Shown here: piece by piece, positions 24,410 through 39,670 of the stretch
Layout: each line of letters opens with the position of its first letter
How positions within the stretch are numbered: position 1 is the first letter of the stretch
From: Nymphaea colorata
Taxonomy: Eukaryota
Assembly: GCF_008831285.2 (NCBI RefSeq)
Contig: NC_045138.2
Span: forward strand, 21,266,001 to 21,330,000
DNA length: 64,000 nt
Reading direction: 5' to 3'
The notes under the pieces: model-generated
Databases searched by the model: none
What the model saw: only the letters and a program-made list of their open reading frames with translations
What the model was told of the DNA's origin: nothing
Program-made: the position numbers and the translations under genes

Positions 24410-26970
24410 ATTGAGCCATGTTCCTATTATAAGACTCCAAGATTTGAAATTTTACGCAAAAGACCCCCAAATTATACCTTTCTCTATGTGTTTGTATGTG
24501 TCGCTTACTCTTACCGTGATCACAAACTTCAGCCCAAGTCATCCAAACACATCTTTCTTGGGTATTTTGGTGTCCACAAAGGATACCTATGTTACAACTT
24601 AGAAAACTTCCAAAATGATTATTAGCCGACACGTGTTCAATGAGTCAAATTTCCAATTCCTAAAAACATCAAAACAACTTGATGTTATCTATCCTACCAA
24701 CACTAATACCTATTAATTTACCTACCTTCATTAACCAACTCTACCCATTGCAAGCCACCATCAAATCAAACTAGTCCTACACTTGAACCAAATGTCACTC
24801 AATATGCACCACTTATGGCCACTGAGTCATCCTTACCACCATCTCTAGAAATTCAAATGCCAACTCTTCGAACCCATGGTAGTATGCTCACAGGATAGAA
24901 CAAGAAGACCCAAATTCACAGGATGGAATGAGAAGATCCAAACTCCTTTTTTCAATAGCCTACCGACTTTCCATTGCTCGTGTCACTCAATATTGCTCTG
25001 ACCAAGAACCAAGAACTTATGTCCAAGCATTCAAGTCAGCCCATTGGCAAGAGGCAATGGCCAAGGAAATGCAAGCCCTTCATCAAAATGGAACGTAGAC
25101 TCTCATCCCACCAAACCAGACATTTGCCATTATAGGTTGTAAATGGATCTTCAAGGTTAAGTGTAAATCTGATGGAACTTTGGAGCATTACAAAGCTTGA
25201 ATTGGTTGCCAAAGGTTATGATCAAATTGAAAGCTTCAACTACTTTTAGACATCCATCCCAGTAGTAAAGCCAACTACCGTGCACACTTTTTACCTCTTG
25301 CTACTTCTCTACGATGGCCTATAAAACAACTTGATGTTAATAATGTCTTTCTTGATAGGAATCTAACTGAATGGCTCAACCTCTAGGATTTTAAGATCGA
25401 AGTCACCCAAGTTATGTGTGCAAACTTCATAAAGCACTCTATGGACTTAAGTAGGCTCCATGAGCTTGGTACCACGGTCTAAATTAGGCTCTTTTCCAAA
25501 AGGGCTTTAAAATGTCTTAGGCCGACACTTCGTTGTTCACCTTGATTACTAATCAGGTTCGACTCTTTATCATGGTTTATGTTGATGAATCACGGGTAAC
25601 TCTATAGCACAAGTGACTGCATTGATTCATCATCTCAGTACAACTTTATCTCTCAGAGATCTTGGACGGTTACATTATTTCTTGGGTATTCAAGCTATTC
25701 CAACGTCAAAAGGATTGCTCTTGTTATAACAAAAATATATCGTTGACATTTTGACTCAGACACACATGATCGGCGCCAAGCCTATCTCTACGCCTCTACC
25801 AATAAATTTCTCACTGACAAAGCTTGGAACTCCCTTTTCTGATGCAAAACTGCATCGCCAAACAGTTGGGGCGCTTCAATACCTCACCATTAATAGGCTC
25901 GATCTATCCTACGCAGTCAAGAAGGTTTGCCAATTCATGCACACTCCTATGATTGGCAAATGCAATAAAATGGATATAGGGCTATGTTAAGGCCACTATT
26001 CATCATGGACTTCTCCTCAAGCATGACTCATCTTCTCACTTACATGCCTACTCTGATATAGATTGGGTTAGGTGCCCGAACGACGGCAAGTCTACTGAGG
26101 CCTATGCTATCTTCCTTGGACAGAATTTGATCTATTGAAGTTCAAAGAAACAGTTCACTGTGGCCTGATCCTCCATTGAAGCTGAGTACCAGGCAATCGC
26201 CAACACTGTGTATAGGTCCTTTTTCTTAAACATTTATTACAAGATATGGACATCTATCATTTTGAACTATCAATCCTTTTGTGCGACAACATCAGTGCCA
26301 CCTATATGATAGTGAATCAGCTGCTTCACTGGAAAAGTAAACATATTGAATTTGGTGTACACTTTGCTCGAGATCTTGTCGCTCAAAGGCAATTGTTTGT
26401 AAGGCATATTCCCTCATCTCATCAATTGGTGGTCCCTCTCACCAAAGCTCTACCCATGGAAGCATTTTTTAGAGGGCGCTTTAAACCTCAATGTTTGCTC
26501 AGGACCATTGAGTTTGAGGACCATTGAGTTTGAGGGGGTTCTTAGCATATCAGATCTGATGAGATCTAGATTTAGATATGATCTTGAAAATGGACGACAA
26601 AGGCAAGGCAAGCAACATAGAGTTGAAGAAAAAGGAAAGGGAGTTGAGGAAAAAGGAAATCAGCGTCAACTGATAATATCCCATGATTCTAGCAACAAGA
26701 AAGAAGAAAGTATCGGGCCAGCTAAGGAAATCAAATCTCAATGCATGGATAAGCCAAATTGTAAACAAAAGGAGAGATCTCTCCTAAAATTGTGATGTAA
26801 CGATTCCCTTGTAAACAATGGAACCTCACCTGTAGTGGGTGCAGTGGTGAGGATCATCGTGGACGTAGGAGAACAATTCTCCGAACCACTTTAAATCTTG
26901 TTTTCTTGTATGGATTGTGTCCTCTACTACGGTTTGTTTTTTATTATCTAGTCTGACATATTTGATCTTT
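24410..26970 (+). mobile_element. Degenerate Ty1/Copia: integrase C-terminal region, RT and RNase H pseudogene, plus PPT and 3' LTR
   Basis: Broken motifs include EPRTY.QA..S.HWQEAM, IGCKWIFKVK..SDG.LE.YKA, QLDVNNVFL, VYVD, VGALQYLTINR.DLSYAV..VCQFMH and LLCDNISA....N...H.KSKHIE...HFARD. The PPT TTGAGGGGG lies at ~26530 and the LTR starts at ~26540 (its end is approximate). Many stops and frameshifts are present. Confidence 0.88.
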
Positions 26971-26974
26971 AGTC

Positions 26975-27330
26975 AATAAGTATAGGAGTACTGATAAAAG
27001 TAGAGAGTTGTGAAGGCAGATCCTACATCAAATACATTTCCGGCATTGTGCCTTAGAGAGCAGATTGTGTGATGGAGATAGAGTAGTGGGAGGTTTTGGA
27101 GGCCGTGAAGTTCAGTTCTGAGCTTTCCCTTGATGTCACCCTCAGTTGAGACTTGAGACCCTTGCCAATTCCGATGCACCTCCGGAAAGGGCCCTCTAAC
27201 CCTTTTAGTGATCCAGAAAATAGATGAGACTGATACAATAAGGAGAAAAGCGCAGAACAAAATGGAGCACCAGAGGAATTTTTTCCGGCTGTTAAGCAAA
27301 CATGGTACACTGCTAGTGCTTACACGCAAG
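26975..27330 (+). pseudogene. Possible RNase H-like (non-LTR retroelement, RVT_3-type) remnant
   Basis: Frameshifted fragments SIGVLIK..., ADCVMEIE*WEVLEAVK...L.V and IRRKAQNKMEH loosely fit the pattern G.GV.IR / E.E.WA.LEG / H..REAN..A. Confidence 0.35.
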
Positions 27331-30300
27331 CTTCAGCTAGGTCTTATTCTTGGAAGATTTCCCCATCATGAAAAAGAAATAAAAAAGCTCCACCGAACTT
27401 GTTACCTATAAATATGACCTAATGTCCAATGTAAAATAGAAGAAACCAAGAAACGTTTCGTTTGAAATTGTTTTGCTTTCACGATGTATCCTGTTTTATG
27501 CTTAAGATATATTGAAATAAATTTGTTATTGTTTCACAAATTAATATAGATATTATATACTAGTAATGGGTCCACACGAGACCATTATGTGAGGGGGATA
27601 AAAACCAGTCCTCTTAAAACTATGTTAAAAAATGTTTTAGACAAAGTGTGGACCTTCTAATGTGTTTATGAACACCAATTTTACATAAATAATGTTTTAT
27701 TTCAAGCTATTTCTGTAAAAAAAAAAGTTGACCTTTTTTACTATCGAAATCTTGATGTTCTAAGCACCCTTCCTTTTTTAATTATTAAAAACATTATTGA
27801 ATTCAAAAAATAACTCCTTCCCAACAAATCACTCACAAGATTTTATCTGTAAATTTAAATTGCAAAAAGGAGCTTTAATAATTAATTTGATTGAGTTTGG
27901 TTTTTTTCTTACCTAAGTTGTTTAGTATTTACCAACTTATATATATATATATATATATATTATAGACACACAAACTAGGCAATGTGTGTTCTAGTTCTAC
28001 CAAACTCACTAAAAGCCAAGCAATGAGGAACTGTAGTTCATCAGGTCTCTGGCTTGTGACTCATCTTCAACCAATATGAACTGCAGAAAGTAGTCACATC
28101 AACTTCGTCAACATACTAATAATAGCATGTTAACACTCAAACTAGTGCTTATAGTGACAGTTAACCTTTTTAAGCATGATCAAAGTGTGCCTGATCGAAA
28201 GCACTCGACCACTAGCTGGTTAAAAATTGGGCCCATTTTTCAGGACCCAGTCCCAAGTGGTTGCTCCCATCATGCACCCATTCGACAAGATCAATACGCG
28301 CCAGTGACCCATGTGTGTTCCATGTCTTGCCATTGGTGGGTCCGATCAGCTAGAGCCTTTTAACCCTCGATTGGACAAGTCAATAGACGATTTGACTGTT
28401 GAACTCGTGTGGCTTTCATCAACCTGAAAGTAACCCATCACCAGCAGGCAGCCCCATGACGTAAACCATCAGGTGTAACCCCCACTATCGTAATTTAGCG
28501 TTGACATCATCTCTACTGAGTGAGAAAGAAAAAGAGAAAGCTAACAAGGCAATGGAATCCGACGACCTGTCAAGTTTATATATGTTTTTAATGATTTAAG
28601 GGGCATAGTGTATTTGGTTGGGTTAGAGTAAGATAAGCACATCTTCACTTTGATTTTTCATGAGTGTTATTTCTTTGGGCTACAAAACATAGTTTTTTTT
28701 TTTTTTTTTTTTTTGGTGTTGGCGAGTTAGCTGCGTTTCTTTTGAGTTGACCCATACACGGTCAGGCAGAGGAGGGAGCTGCAAACGACTCATTGCCCAC
28801 CCAAACTCTGAACCTAGTTTGTATCTTATAGGGAGGAAGGGGAGAGCTATGAGTTTTATTTTCAAACATTGGGTTGTTAACCTCCTATTCATGCAAAAAA
28901 AGATGAAATTAAGCAACAATAGTTGTCCCATAGAGAGATGGAGTAAAAAATTTTTCATGAGGGTCGAATTAAAGTTTCTAAATTTAAACTAGAGCATTTT
29001 TCAAAATTTTTATACAAAACAATGAAATTTTTTAAAATTTACATGTAAATTTTTTAAGAAATTTTTTTTGAAGTGAAGCAAGGGCCCATACAGGCTTAAC
29101 AATTTGCTTTTCATGTAATGGCAAGAGATAGGAGAAGCCAAATGAATGGAACAAGAACTCTATGCGATAATATGATATAATATAATATAATATGATATAA
29201 TACAATACTTTATCTAGAATGATAATGAATTGGGCACTGTCGGACAAGGCTCGGGCTCCACACAACGAGAACCTTCCACTAAGTTGATCCAACTTTGATG
29301 TTCAGTAGGCCTCACCTTTCAATTAATATGCTGAAACTGAACCACATAAGAAGGAAAATAAAGTAGAGAACATTAGCTAATCATCGACCCCAATGAGGGG
29401 ACTGAATGCAAATAATTGAAGGCCCCTCCTTATAGGCTGTTGAAATTTCATATCTAAAATATAATTAATTAAGTTGTGAACTTCGATTAATTGAAGGTCC
29501 TCTCTTGCACATGTAATACTCCATTATGAAAAAAATTTGCGTCACCAGCTGCGTCATCTCCTCAAATGCAAAGATCTATTATGAGAAAGTTATTTTGATT
29601 CTTTATTAAAGATTTTTGGAAATCTTTGATAATTCTTAAAGGAATTGGTTAAATGATTAGTTATCTTACTTTCTTGCCTTTTTAGAGTCGAAACTCAAGT
29701 TGCTAGCGGCGGTATTAAGAATCCACCAAACCTTGAACCCCAGCTTGGAATGGAAGTAGGCCTTGTTATTACAGTTCATATCAGGGCTTTTGGGTTCCAC
29801 GCTTGAATCTACGAGTTTGCTTTAGTTACTAGTTTCTTGAGCTAGAAAAAAGCTGTATCCACCAAATTGGCAAGAAGTCTATGAATAACTAAAGTTAGAA
29901 AGCAAAACTTAAATGAAAGACAAAACGTAAGATGTTGATTTTCAAAAAGAAAACATTAGAGGAGACATCGATCTAAATCCAGTGTGTCTGTGCTTGGTCC
30001 GGTATCATTAAATCAGTCGGATCAAGCAAAGGCAACCAGAAGAAGTAACTTGTTGTGAGGTAAGAGGCCATTTGGCAATAGATAACAAACTGTTACTCTC
30101 CACAATGAGACAAGTGTGCCGTGAATTTGTTGCAGTGTTGCATACTGTGCCTTAGTTTATATGACGTGCCTTAGTTTATATGACGATTCATGAAACAATA
30201 ACAATATGTTACTATTCTAAACTGCCCGGTAAGGGATAGGTCCACATATGAGGTGGGAACGGAAGATGTAATCCCCACAAAGTTGTCCCCTGGAACACTG

Positions 30301-31545
30301 GCCACCCAACTGATACATTCAGAAAGAGCATTTAGTCTATGGCAGCCACTTTTTACCACCATCTTCCTTTTTCTTTCTTTTCCCTCTCGGAGTGGTTTCT
30401 CAGGAAGCCGATAGATCACTTCCTTGCCCTTATGGCTACAATATATGCAGAACAACGTCATGAAGCAATTGCATGGTGGGTGGAAACACTTTCGGTTCCT
30501 CCATGTCGTGAAGAGTGGACACTCTTGATCATGTTCCTCAGTTTTTGCCGATGAGGGAAAGAAGAACTTCAAAGAAGCAGGAGCTATGACTTTGCTACTG
30601 CTCCTAAAGCGAGCCATGTACATATTATAACTATTTAAAAATATGAAACAGGATGATAAGAGTCTTAAAAAGCAAGTTTAATCGTATACGTAAAATGCAT
30701 TGTTTTGGTCCTTTTTGACATACACACCTTGGGATGCATATCAAACATGCATCTTCGAACGAATAAATGGTTAATTTCGGTTTGAGTGAGCTGAATACAT
30801 GACAAGAAGAAAAAATAAACCTATACCTGTACATTGTTTTAAAATGTTTAATTGGGAGAAGCTGCCTTCGGTGTAAAACTCCCAAAGCCACATGCTTATA
30901 TCTTTAAGGTTTTGACTTGCTTCGGGGTGTGGATGATATATAATTTGAATATGTTTCCAAAAGCCTTACTTAGTCTGAAACCTGTCATGATTCTTATTAT
31001 CATATTAATGCAATAAAATCGAGACTCTATCCGCTATATGAAAACCTTTGTGTTTAGTTTCCCCAACGTGATATACCCTTTTGCATTTTTCATTTATATA
31101 TATGCTGGATGATGAAGTTAATTTCCTAAAATTAAGAGTTAATTTCTCCCTCATAAAAATTGCAAAAGTTGGATTAATTCTGCCAAAACAATTTGCGTGC
31201 AACTTGCATTGGTCCTAATGAAAATTTGGCTGGTCGAACTAAATTTATGGAAAAGTTGTAGGCGGGGTGGATAAAATTGGCATGGTGGGCTTCTAGTCTT
31301 TGCTCACTTTGGAATCCAATAAAGATGACAAGGGCGAACAAAAGGCTTCCAAGGTGTGAATTGGCACAAGTGGTGTGCTATTTAGGATTTTGTCCTAACA
31401 AGGCTTTTATATTTGGCAAGCGTCATGCAGGTGGACGTGTGCATGTGATGGAACATAAAAGGCTGCCCACAGGCTCACCCCACCTGCATGCATGTGCCCA
31501 GAGTGGAGAGTATACGGTTCTTTTATCTAAAAAGGGAATGAATTC

Positions 31546-31644
31546 CATACACACACGCGCGCGCGCGTCAACGTGCACACTCACACACACACACACACAT
31601 ACAGAGAGAGAGAGAGAGGAAGAAGAAGAAGAAGAAGAAGAAGA
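31546..31644. repeat. Compound microsatellite (CA)n/(CG)n/(CA)n/(GA)n/(GAA)n
   Basis: Directly visible in the sequence. Confidence 0.9.
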
Positions 31645-33514
31645 GTTAATAATGAGAGAGAGAGAGGGGTTCAACAACAAGAAGAGTCAAGTATGCTATC
31701 ACCTTCGTTCACCCTATCGGGACAGCAGTGGCGGAGATAAAAATTTTGAGCTCACAAAGGACATTATTTCAAACATCATACTTTAAGGAACTAATGTATA
31801 TATAAATAAGTAAATAGTTGAAGATACCCACATGAAAATAACGGAAATTTGTGGGGCTAGTGTGGGCAAGGCCCCTACCAGTCCGCATGTGGCTTCATGA
31901 CTGCCGGGTATTGAAAATTTTCACTTTTTTTTTTTAAAAAAAAAAATGTCTTATAAGTCCCACCCCTTAGACAGGTGAATAGAGAACTTTTGTTGATAAC
32001 ATGAGCCTTAATTTGTCAGTAAAAAACATAGTAGTTGCTACAATGTACAAAAGTAGAATGCAGATAAAGTGGTTATACTGCGGCGTCTGCTGTTGCTGAT
32101 GATATGCCGATGGCGACAACGACGATGAATATCATGATGATAATGACGCGGAACCTCCTTTAGAAAGGGAAATGTGCAAATGGAATAATTACCTTATGGC
32201 ATCTTTACTATATTTTCTGTGCTCTATGCTTCCACAATTTTCATAAAGATGTGGTTCATTATCATAAGCACAATAAAAATTAAATGTTATACAGATGACA
32301 AAAGGGCACGATACAAATATTTAGTGCTTCCTATTCACCAAACCTATAATTAGTAGACCATAAGCGTGGTCATAATGACTAGACACCATAAGTGAAATTA
32401 AACAGCAATAACTTAAAAAGATAGTGCAGAAGCTGAAGAATAACAGTAGCTTGTGATTCCTAAGGGTGTGCCCAAATGGAAAAAGCTCTCTAAGATAGGG
32501 TTGCAAATGGGTTGGATACATCGAGCATAAACTTTGCTATTTGAAGTTCTATCTTACACTTATCTGAATGTGATCCCGTTCTTGATGTATTTAGTTGATG
32601 ATATTCGAATCTATCATGTAAACCCACTTTAAGGCTGGATTCATTTCTCAGTATTTTATTAAGAACTAGTGCTTTGGAAGGAAAGAATATTTCTTCTCTA
32701 CTGTGAATATATAAAATCAAAAGGTGCTTCACATATTTTCTTCCAATGCTCACCAGCTTTACTACCATTTTTAAACTGATATTACTTTTCTTCTTCTGCC
32801 AACACCTTTCCTTTGTGCTACTGAGGTAAAAAAGGCAGAAAGAAAGAATTCTTCAAAGGAAAAGCAGTCGGACACTAAAATATAAGAAGCGACAACCAAG
32901 AAAATTAAGAGAAAGAAGAAGCTCCAATTTCATGAAACGACCAATCGATCCACCAAGCTGGCGAGGCCATTAACAAAAGAGATCCCAGCGATGATCGCAG
33001 AGACTGCACGCCTTTTACCAAACATGGTTTGACGACACAAATGGAGTGGTTGAACCTTCTCCTTTTTGTTTCCATGACTACCAAATAGAACCATGGCCAC
33101 CAAGTTAATGGGGCCTATGCCTTTCATTGTTAGCATGGTGGGAAATAGGCATCGAACATAAGATAATCCTTTGTTAAATAATGTTGATGTGCAATGGAAT
33201 GTGTCCGTGAAAGAAATTAAATGGGGAACTTTCCAATAACGATATTTTATTTCAACACAAGGCACCAAACTGAAGGTGAAAGAGATTGATATGCTTTAAA
33301 AGAAGCATGGATAAGGAGGAGAGCATCTTGTTGCGCTTTTCTTTCTCTTTTCCTTCTTCTTCTTTCTTTTTCTAATTTAATATTTCATAGCATTATGGAA
33401 AACCTCATATATGGGAACCCAATTCTGCTTTGCTTTCTGGCTACATCTCCACGTGACACAAGTGCTGTCGTGAAAATTATCCACATACAGCCATGTCTTA
33501 TCGTGAAAACTTAC

Positions 33515-33553
<39 letters not shown>

Positions 33554-36500
33554 GTGCTACACACTTATATGTTAGATGAATAATAAACCATCTCAATCAT
33601 TGGTCTTTTGTAGATCAATAGTTAATAGAAAAACAATAAAAAAAAATGTGTGAACTAATACTAAACGACAAAAATGCTTCATGACTTTGTTCTCTTTGTT
33701 TTTCTTTCAACAGTCTATTTATAAAATATCAATGGATAAGATTGTTCCTTATTTATTTAGCATCTAAGTACCTAGCAGTCACCAGTTTTTTATACACACT
33801 CACACTGGCCCCAGAGATTTTGTGCATTCAAGAACATCAAATTTGCTTTTAGATCAGACGAACCAGATCCCCATCATTTTTTTTCTTTAAGGAGGAACAA
33901 ATCCCCCTTCCCTCTACCTCTAAATGTGAGGGAGGCAGGGGAGTGGCAGCCAACCCCTCGCCGGCACCACTGAGCTTGAGCCATGTAAGATATGAGTCGG
34001 GTTGAGCTGACCGAGGTCGAGCTCGCATGGCTCGTGTACAGCCTTAGGTACAAACCTCAAATATGGAAAAGGAATTGAGAGGAGTTCTATTGAATATTTT
34101 GAGAAACCTTAACGACTAATCATATGTTCATGTCTTTATGGTAGCAAATGTATGAAATGGGTTGACATCTCTTAAGTACTCGGCTTAATTTTAAGGCGGA
34201 TAGTTAGAGTGGATAGGCCAAGCTCAACACAAGAACATGTGATCCTTAAGCAATATAGTGGATTATACCTTAAAAATTTTGAGAAATCTTTTGTTTTAGT
34301 TTCCAAGATATAAGATGTCACCTAGAAATATTGCAGCAGAATCAGTAATGATATGCATGCTTCTTTACAAGCTGCCCAGTAAACATTCAAGTGCATATCT
34401 CGTAGGTAGGGGAATTCATTGACCAAGTCTGACATATCGAACAACCCTCAAGTTGTGTTGGATGACCTCGGATCTCATACTTGAAGCTGATCTAAAATAT
34501 GTTCTATGTCGGACACACAGAGTAAAATAATACTGGATTTTACCACTACATATCTAAAAAAGAGGATTTAAGATTCTCAGCATATGACTGAATCCTCAAA
34601 CTTAATTGTGGTCGGACAAGAGGGAGTCTGACTTCAAATCTGCGGATGTAAGAACCCAGTGATCTTAAGTCACCTCGGATCTCAGATTCAAATTAAACGA
34701 AGACACCCTGATTTGCGTTCGGATTTTGATTGGATTTTAAGTTTTAACTTTTCTAAGTCTTTTAAGTGAAATGCTGGGTTTACAAGTTGATTACTTATCA
34801 ATCAACTCTACTTAGTTCCTTGCAATGATCAAGTCATTGACATATGGCAATAAAAATCTCGCATTTTGAGAGAGTATATATATGCATGTTTACATGCCAC
34901 AACTTTGGTAGATAGCTTATCCCCATTCATCTGTGGCACAAGAACGCTCGATGAGTGAGCTATCATGTAGCCTTTCAAGGATAGCTGCTTCTAGTCAAAC
35001 CTCATGGCTGTCTCTGCACTCATATCTCCTTTATCACTGAGCGGCCATTTAAGAGCCTTAAGTGATATTCAGGCCTGTTTCCCTCTCGACCATGAAACTT
35101 ATCTCCCATTGTTTCACTGGCCAATTAAAACCCTTATTATTTGGTCTTGGGGTCATATCTACTATTCAGAGTTTGTCTCAATTTGGTACTGTTTTTTCAG
35201 TCTGCACTAAATCAGCGCTTTACCCTTTCTCTGTCTTCCATATTAAGTTATTATATTGAAGTTTGACATATGACACACTTATGTCAGTTTTCTTCACTTT
35301 AGTAGCGTCAAGAAAAGGATTTAATTTTGTCATTGTTTGTGAGGACAAAAATGAAAAAATTGAATAGTAAGGTGGCAATAAGGTTGGTATCTTTACCTCC
35401 ACCTTATTTTTCTATTCGCTCACCTAACTTTCCAGTATATTAGTTAAGCATTTATTATCCTCCTTCGTGTTGGAAACTTTGTAAGCTTATTGGTTATAAA
35501 AGTAGCATCCTTTTTTCTTATCTTCCAAGGTGAAACAAAAAGATCTTTAATGGTCAATTGACACTAAGGACATTATGTAATTGTCCCATATATGAATGTG
35601 TGCCCAAAGGTTGGAGCAGATTCATGAGACATTGACAAGGTGTCCCTACTGCCACATGCCTCCTAAGCAAACTACATGTAGCATATGTTTATTGTTTATT
35701 CAAATTGGATGTACAAGCATAAAAGTACTATAAAAGACCATATATTAATTGTGGTGAATGGAGCAAAGTAGCTGTGGTATTTTAAAACGGGTACTTATAG
35801 AAGTGATAATGAATACTTTTTGCACTCATAATTAAAAATCATTCAGGGGCATCACTAGCCAAAAATATTGCATAAATAGTTGTAAAAGCAGAAATGGCAG
35901 AACTTTTATAAAAGAATACTAGAAACTCCTCGATGTCCTTTTTATTGACAATAAATAAATAAATAAATATATATATATATATATATATATATTCTCTCTG
36001 TCTCATTCTGGGCAAAGCGCTTCTGCTAGACAAACTGAGAAAACAATAATGCTACCTATGACTATAAGAGTTAAAAAAAAAAGCCGGAAATATTCAAGGG
36101 TACTGTGATACCTTTCCTTGAAATTCAAGTGCTTTATGGAGATTTCTCATAATATGACGTGGTTAATTTTCTAAGAAAATTTTCATTCTTTCCTACCAAA
36201 TGGAGACCGTTTCCAATGGGGATTAAGTTTCGCGTTTGCATTTTGAACTCATTTAGAATAAAGGCAAAAACTCACATTAAGCTGATCCTTCTATGAAATT
36301 ATTCACTGAAATGCTTTCACATCACTAAATTCAAATGTGTGTGGGCGGAGCGTGGTGTCAAGGACTTAGAATAAAATTTAGGGGGCCGGCAGTCCTGCAA
36401 ATTTTGTAAAAATAAAATTTAGTAGCCATATTTTTGAAAAATCTTCACTTGGCCCCAATAAAATTTTTTATAACTATATTCTGCCTTTGTAAAATTGGAC

Positions 36501-36679
36501 AATTAAAGTTCAGTCTTCTTACCAAAAAAAAGAAAAAAGAAAAAGAAATCTAACTCCGTCCCAGGACCTAAAACTTGAGGCAAGGGAATGGTGGGTGAAC
36601 TTGAGGCAAGGGAATGGTGGGGCGCTTCACCCAGGTGGTGGCGAATCAAGCTCTAATTCATCATCTGAAGCTCTAATTC

Positions 36680-38272
36680 ATCATCTAGAAGAGTCAATAG
36701 CTACTAAAAGGACCGTGTCAATCAAATGCACATCCATCTGGGGTCCCATTCGTTTGCTTTGGGAATAATTAGATTGGACCCAGAAAATAGTGGAGCATTT
36801 TGACAACTTGATTTGATAGATTCTTCGTTAAAAGGAGGTTCAGACCATACAGTCCAAGGTTTCGCAGGAAACGGACGGAACCCATATTCCAAAATGCGTG
36901 GAATATGCTTATAAGAAGTTGGGTTAATATGAAAGGAAGACCCATTGGTCTCGGAACTAAAGAATCACTTCTCTATCGAAAGGTACTAAACAGGACCAGA
37001 GAAATTTTAGATCATGTTCACACAATGCAGAAGATTGCACGAGTCTATTTATTTGTCTCAAAGTGCATGATCATGAGACTAACATGTGAACAAAGTGACT
37101 CAAAAGAACAAGTGAAGAGGGAATTACTTGGAAAGAACAAATCACTTTTCTTCATCGGCAGATTTTGTTCATACTGCATTTTGAAAAAAGTCATTCCTAG
37201 AAAGATAAAGTCCGGGTATAATAAATTGGACTGGATTCCTTGTTTTATGTTCTCAAATTGTATTGAATATATAGGAAAACATTGTTTATTAACCTTGGCA
37301 GGTTGTTTTGATTAATAGTGTTTTCTTGGCCAATCAATCAAGATCACATGAGGAGTTGACCTTGGCAGTCTCGGCACGTTGCACAGCTCCTCTAAGAAGC
37401 TGTCTCCGGCAAGAAAGGCTAGCAACAAGTTACAATCATTGTAGACAGTTGAGGAAAATGAGTTGGAAGATTGAGCAGCTCACAATTCGTCGGCTTGCTA
37501 CTGTAGTCCTTGTATTTTGTCAATCTGAGTTCAGCAAAAAATGGTTGTACGTTCATTCGATCTAATAACTACTGCTTTGGCATTCTTTAATAGCTAGAAA
37601 ATCCGGCTATGCCATTGTAATTCCCACTATATAATGCTTTGGCATTCTTCCACATTTGCATGACCATTTTTATGAAAATGAAACCCTATGATATTTGCAT
37701 CTACATAGAGTTCATTAACCAGTCTATGACATTTAAGTGGTTGTTCGATTGCCACACCTTAAAGGTTGGATCATTTTCATTGGGTTTGGGAAGGTCTCCA
37801 GTCACATATTCTAGCTTTGAGTTTCTGTCGAGACACGACATGGCAGATTTCAGCCATGCGGGATGGTTGGATTTGTTCAACTGGACTAACATGATTTTGT
37901 AGGAATGACTCATTTGTTCCTGCACCATAATTTTTTCAACAACTATGTGGTTGCTTTTGGTGTTCTCTAGCATAGCACAAACCAAATGAGGTAGAAAGAT
38001 GACTCTCTGATACCATGTAGAAACAAGAAAACAACACAGAGAGAAGGGAGACTAGGTTGACAAAAATGACATGGTTCGGTCTAATGGCCTACGTCCACGA
38101 GAGGACAACCTCGCAGCTGGGATACTTGTCATTCACACATCATGATCGTCCTCTACAACAATGCTTATTTTGCCAAGGAATTATAATAGATATCGGGTAT
38201 CTCAACTACAAGGAAAGAAGATCAATATGATAGATACATAGACTATCAACACAAACATTTGTAGCCTCAACA
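36680..38272 (-). mobile_element. Degenerate 5' part of a Ty1/Copia element (LTR, PBS, gag, decayed pol start)
   Basis: The PBS TGGTATCAGAG is on the minus strand at 38005-38015, adjacent to an LTR-like ~38016-38272 (TGTTG...TACA). The gag N-terminus VQLNKSNHPAW....LDRNSKLEYVTGDLPKPNENDPTFKVWQSNN..VIDWLMNSM lies in 37701-37985. Confidence 0.75.
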
Positions 38273-38289
38273 CACTTAAATGAAGCATG

Positions 38290-38580
38290 TGCCAACTTGA
38301 AGTTCATAACGTCTTTCTCAATGGAGAGTAACAAACTCACATGTTTCAACCACCTAGTTTTAATAATGATCTAAATCTAGTATGTAAGTTGTACAAAGCT
38401 ACTTATGCACTAAAACAAGCTTCGCAAGACTGGTAACAAAATAGTACTTGCATTGTATTATTTTATGTGGATGATACACTTATTACTATTGGTTTAACTA
38501 AATCCATTCATACATTTGTTTTTGAGCTTACCACGAAATTTTCATAGAGATTTGGGTCTAACTCGTTATTTTATCATATA
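38290..38580 (+). mobile_element. Copia reverse transcriptase fragment
   Basis: QLEVHNVFLNG, VCKLYKATYALKQASQDW and YVDD(T)LIT motifs are visible, heavily deleted. Confidence 0.7.
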
Positions 38581-39139
38581 AAAGCATGATGTCATCCACA
38601 AGAAGCTTTCTTCAAGAGGGTAGGCCTTTCCAACCTTTCCTTACCAAAAAATTGAATATGCAAAAAATTAGTACCCTATGCAAGGACCATTACATTCTGC
38701 AATTTGTGATTATTGAGTTCAATTCCCCATTAATAAGCCTCAATTCTTTGAAATGCTATAGTCGAACAGATATTACTAGATTGGAGTTTGCCATCGTGAT
38801 AGAAACAATGAAAAGAGATGCACGCAAGACATAAAAAATTTCACATGGTTCTATATTCACCTCCTATGTCCATGGCACAAGGCAGCTCTCTCATCTATCA
38901 ACGACAGTTGCTTGATTTCATTTGTATAGTATTTCCTTGACTACAAATGTTGAATCTTTTAGATTTTGAGGAACTTGTTTACATTTTGGTTTATCTAAAT
39001 GTTATGGTAAGTTGGGGCACATGTTACTTTATCTTGAACTTCCTTAGATTTGGTAAGGTCAACATTCTTTGTGGTATCCTTATCTACATCTTCATTAGTA
39101 GTTGTAAATCTGCCTAATAATTTGTAGCTTGTGAATTCA

Positions 39140-39670
39140 ACATTCGGCCACAAGTTGATGCCCATTATGTTTAGCTTATTTCTTAACTGATGAAACCTTG
39201 TCCCAACCAAGTGGTCTAGTAAGGACATCAACAAGTTGTAAATCAGATTCAACTAATTTAATTTGAATCCCCCAACCATGATTGGCTACCAAGTATGTAG
39301 CACCGACATTGTCGCACTAGAATACAAGCACTTCTTGTGTCTTGAATCCAAGTCCAACCATGATTTGTAATATCCAAAGAGCTTCAAATACTCTCCCTAC
39401 CATATTTAGCTTCAGTGCTTGATTTTGTCACGGTTTGCTGTTTGTTGGACTTTTATGACAATAAATTTGATCCTGAATAAGCTAAATAACCCCCAAGTGA
39501 CTACCTGTCATCTTGGGCAGCCTGCCTAGTTGGCATCGAAAAATATATTAAGAGTGAAAACTTTATTCTTGTAAATTTGTAGATCATAATTATAGTTCAT
39601 CTGAGAAACCATAAAATTCTCTTAACATATTGCCAATGTTCTTCATATGGATCAAGCATAAATTGACATT
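39140..39670 (-). mobile_element. Copia RT-end/RNase H fragment
   Basis: The minus strand carries HWQYVKRILWFL, KQQTVTKSSTEAKY, CDNVGATYLVAN and RFHQLRNKLNI, ending in a decayed PPT/LTR junction AACTTGTGGCCGAATGTTGAA. Confidence 0.75.

Noticed and set aside
31277..31786. 169-aa ORF
   Set aside because: It starts at TTG and runs through a compound microsatellite and a MITE end.
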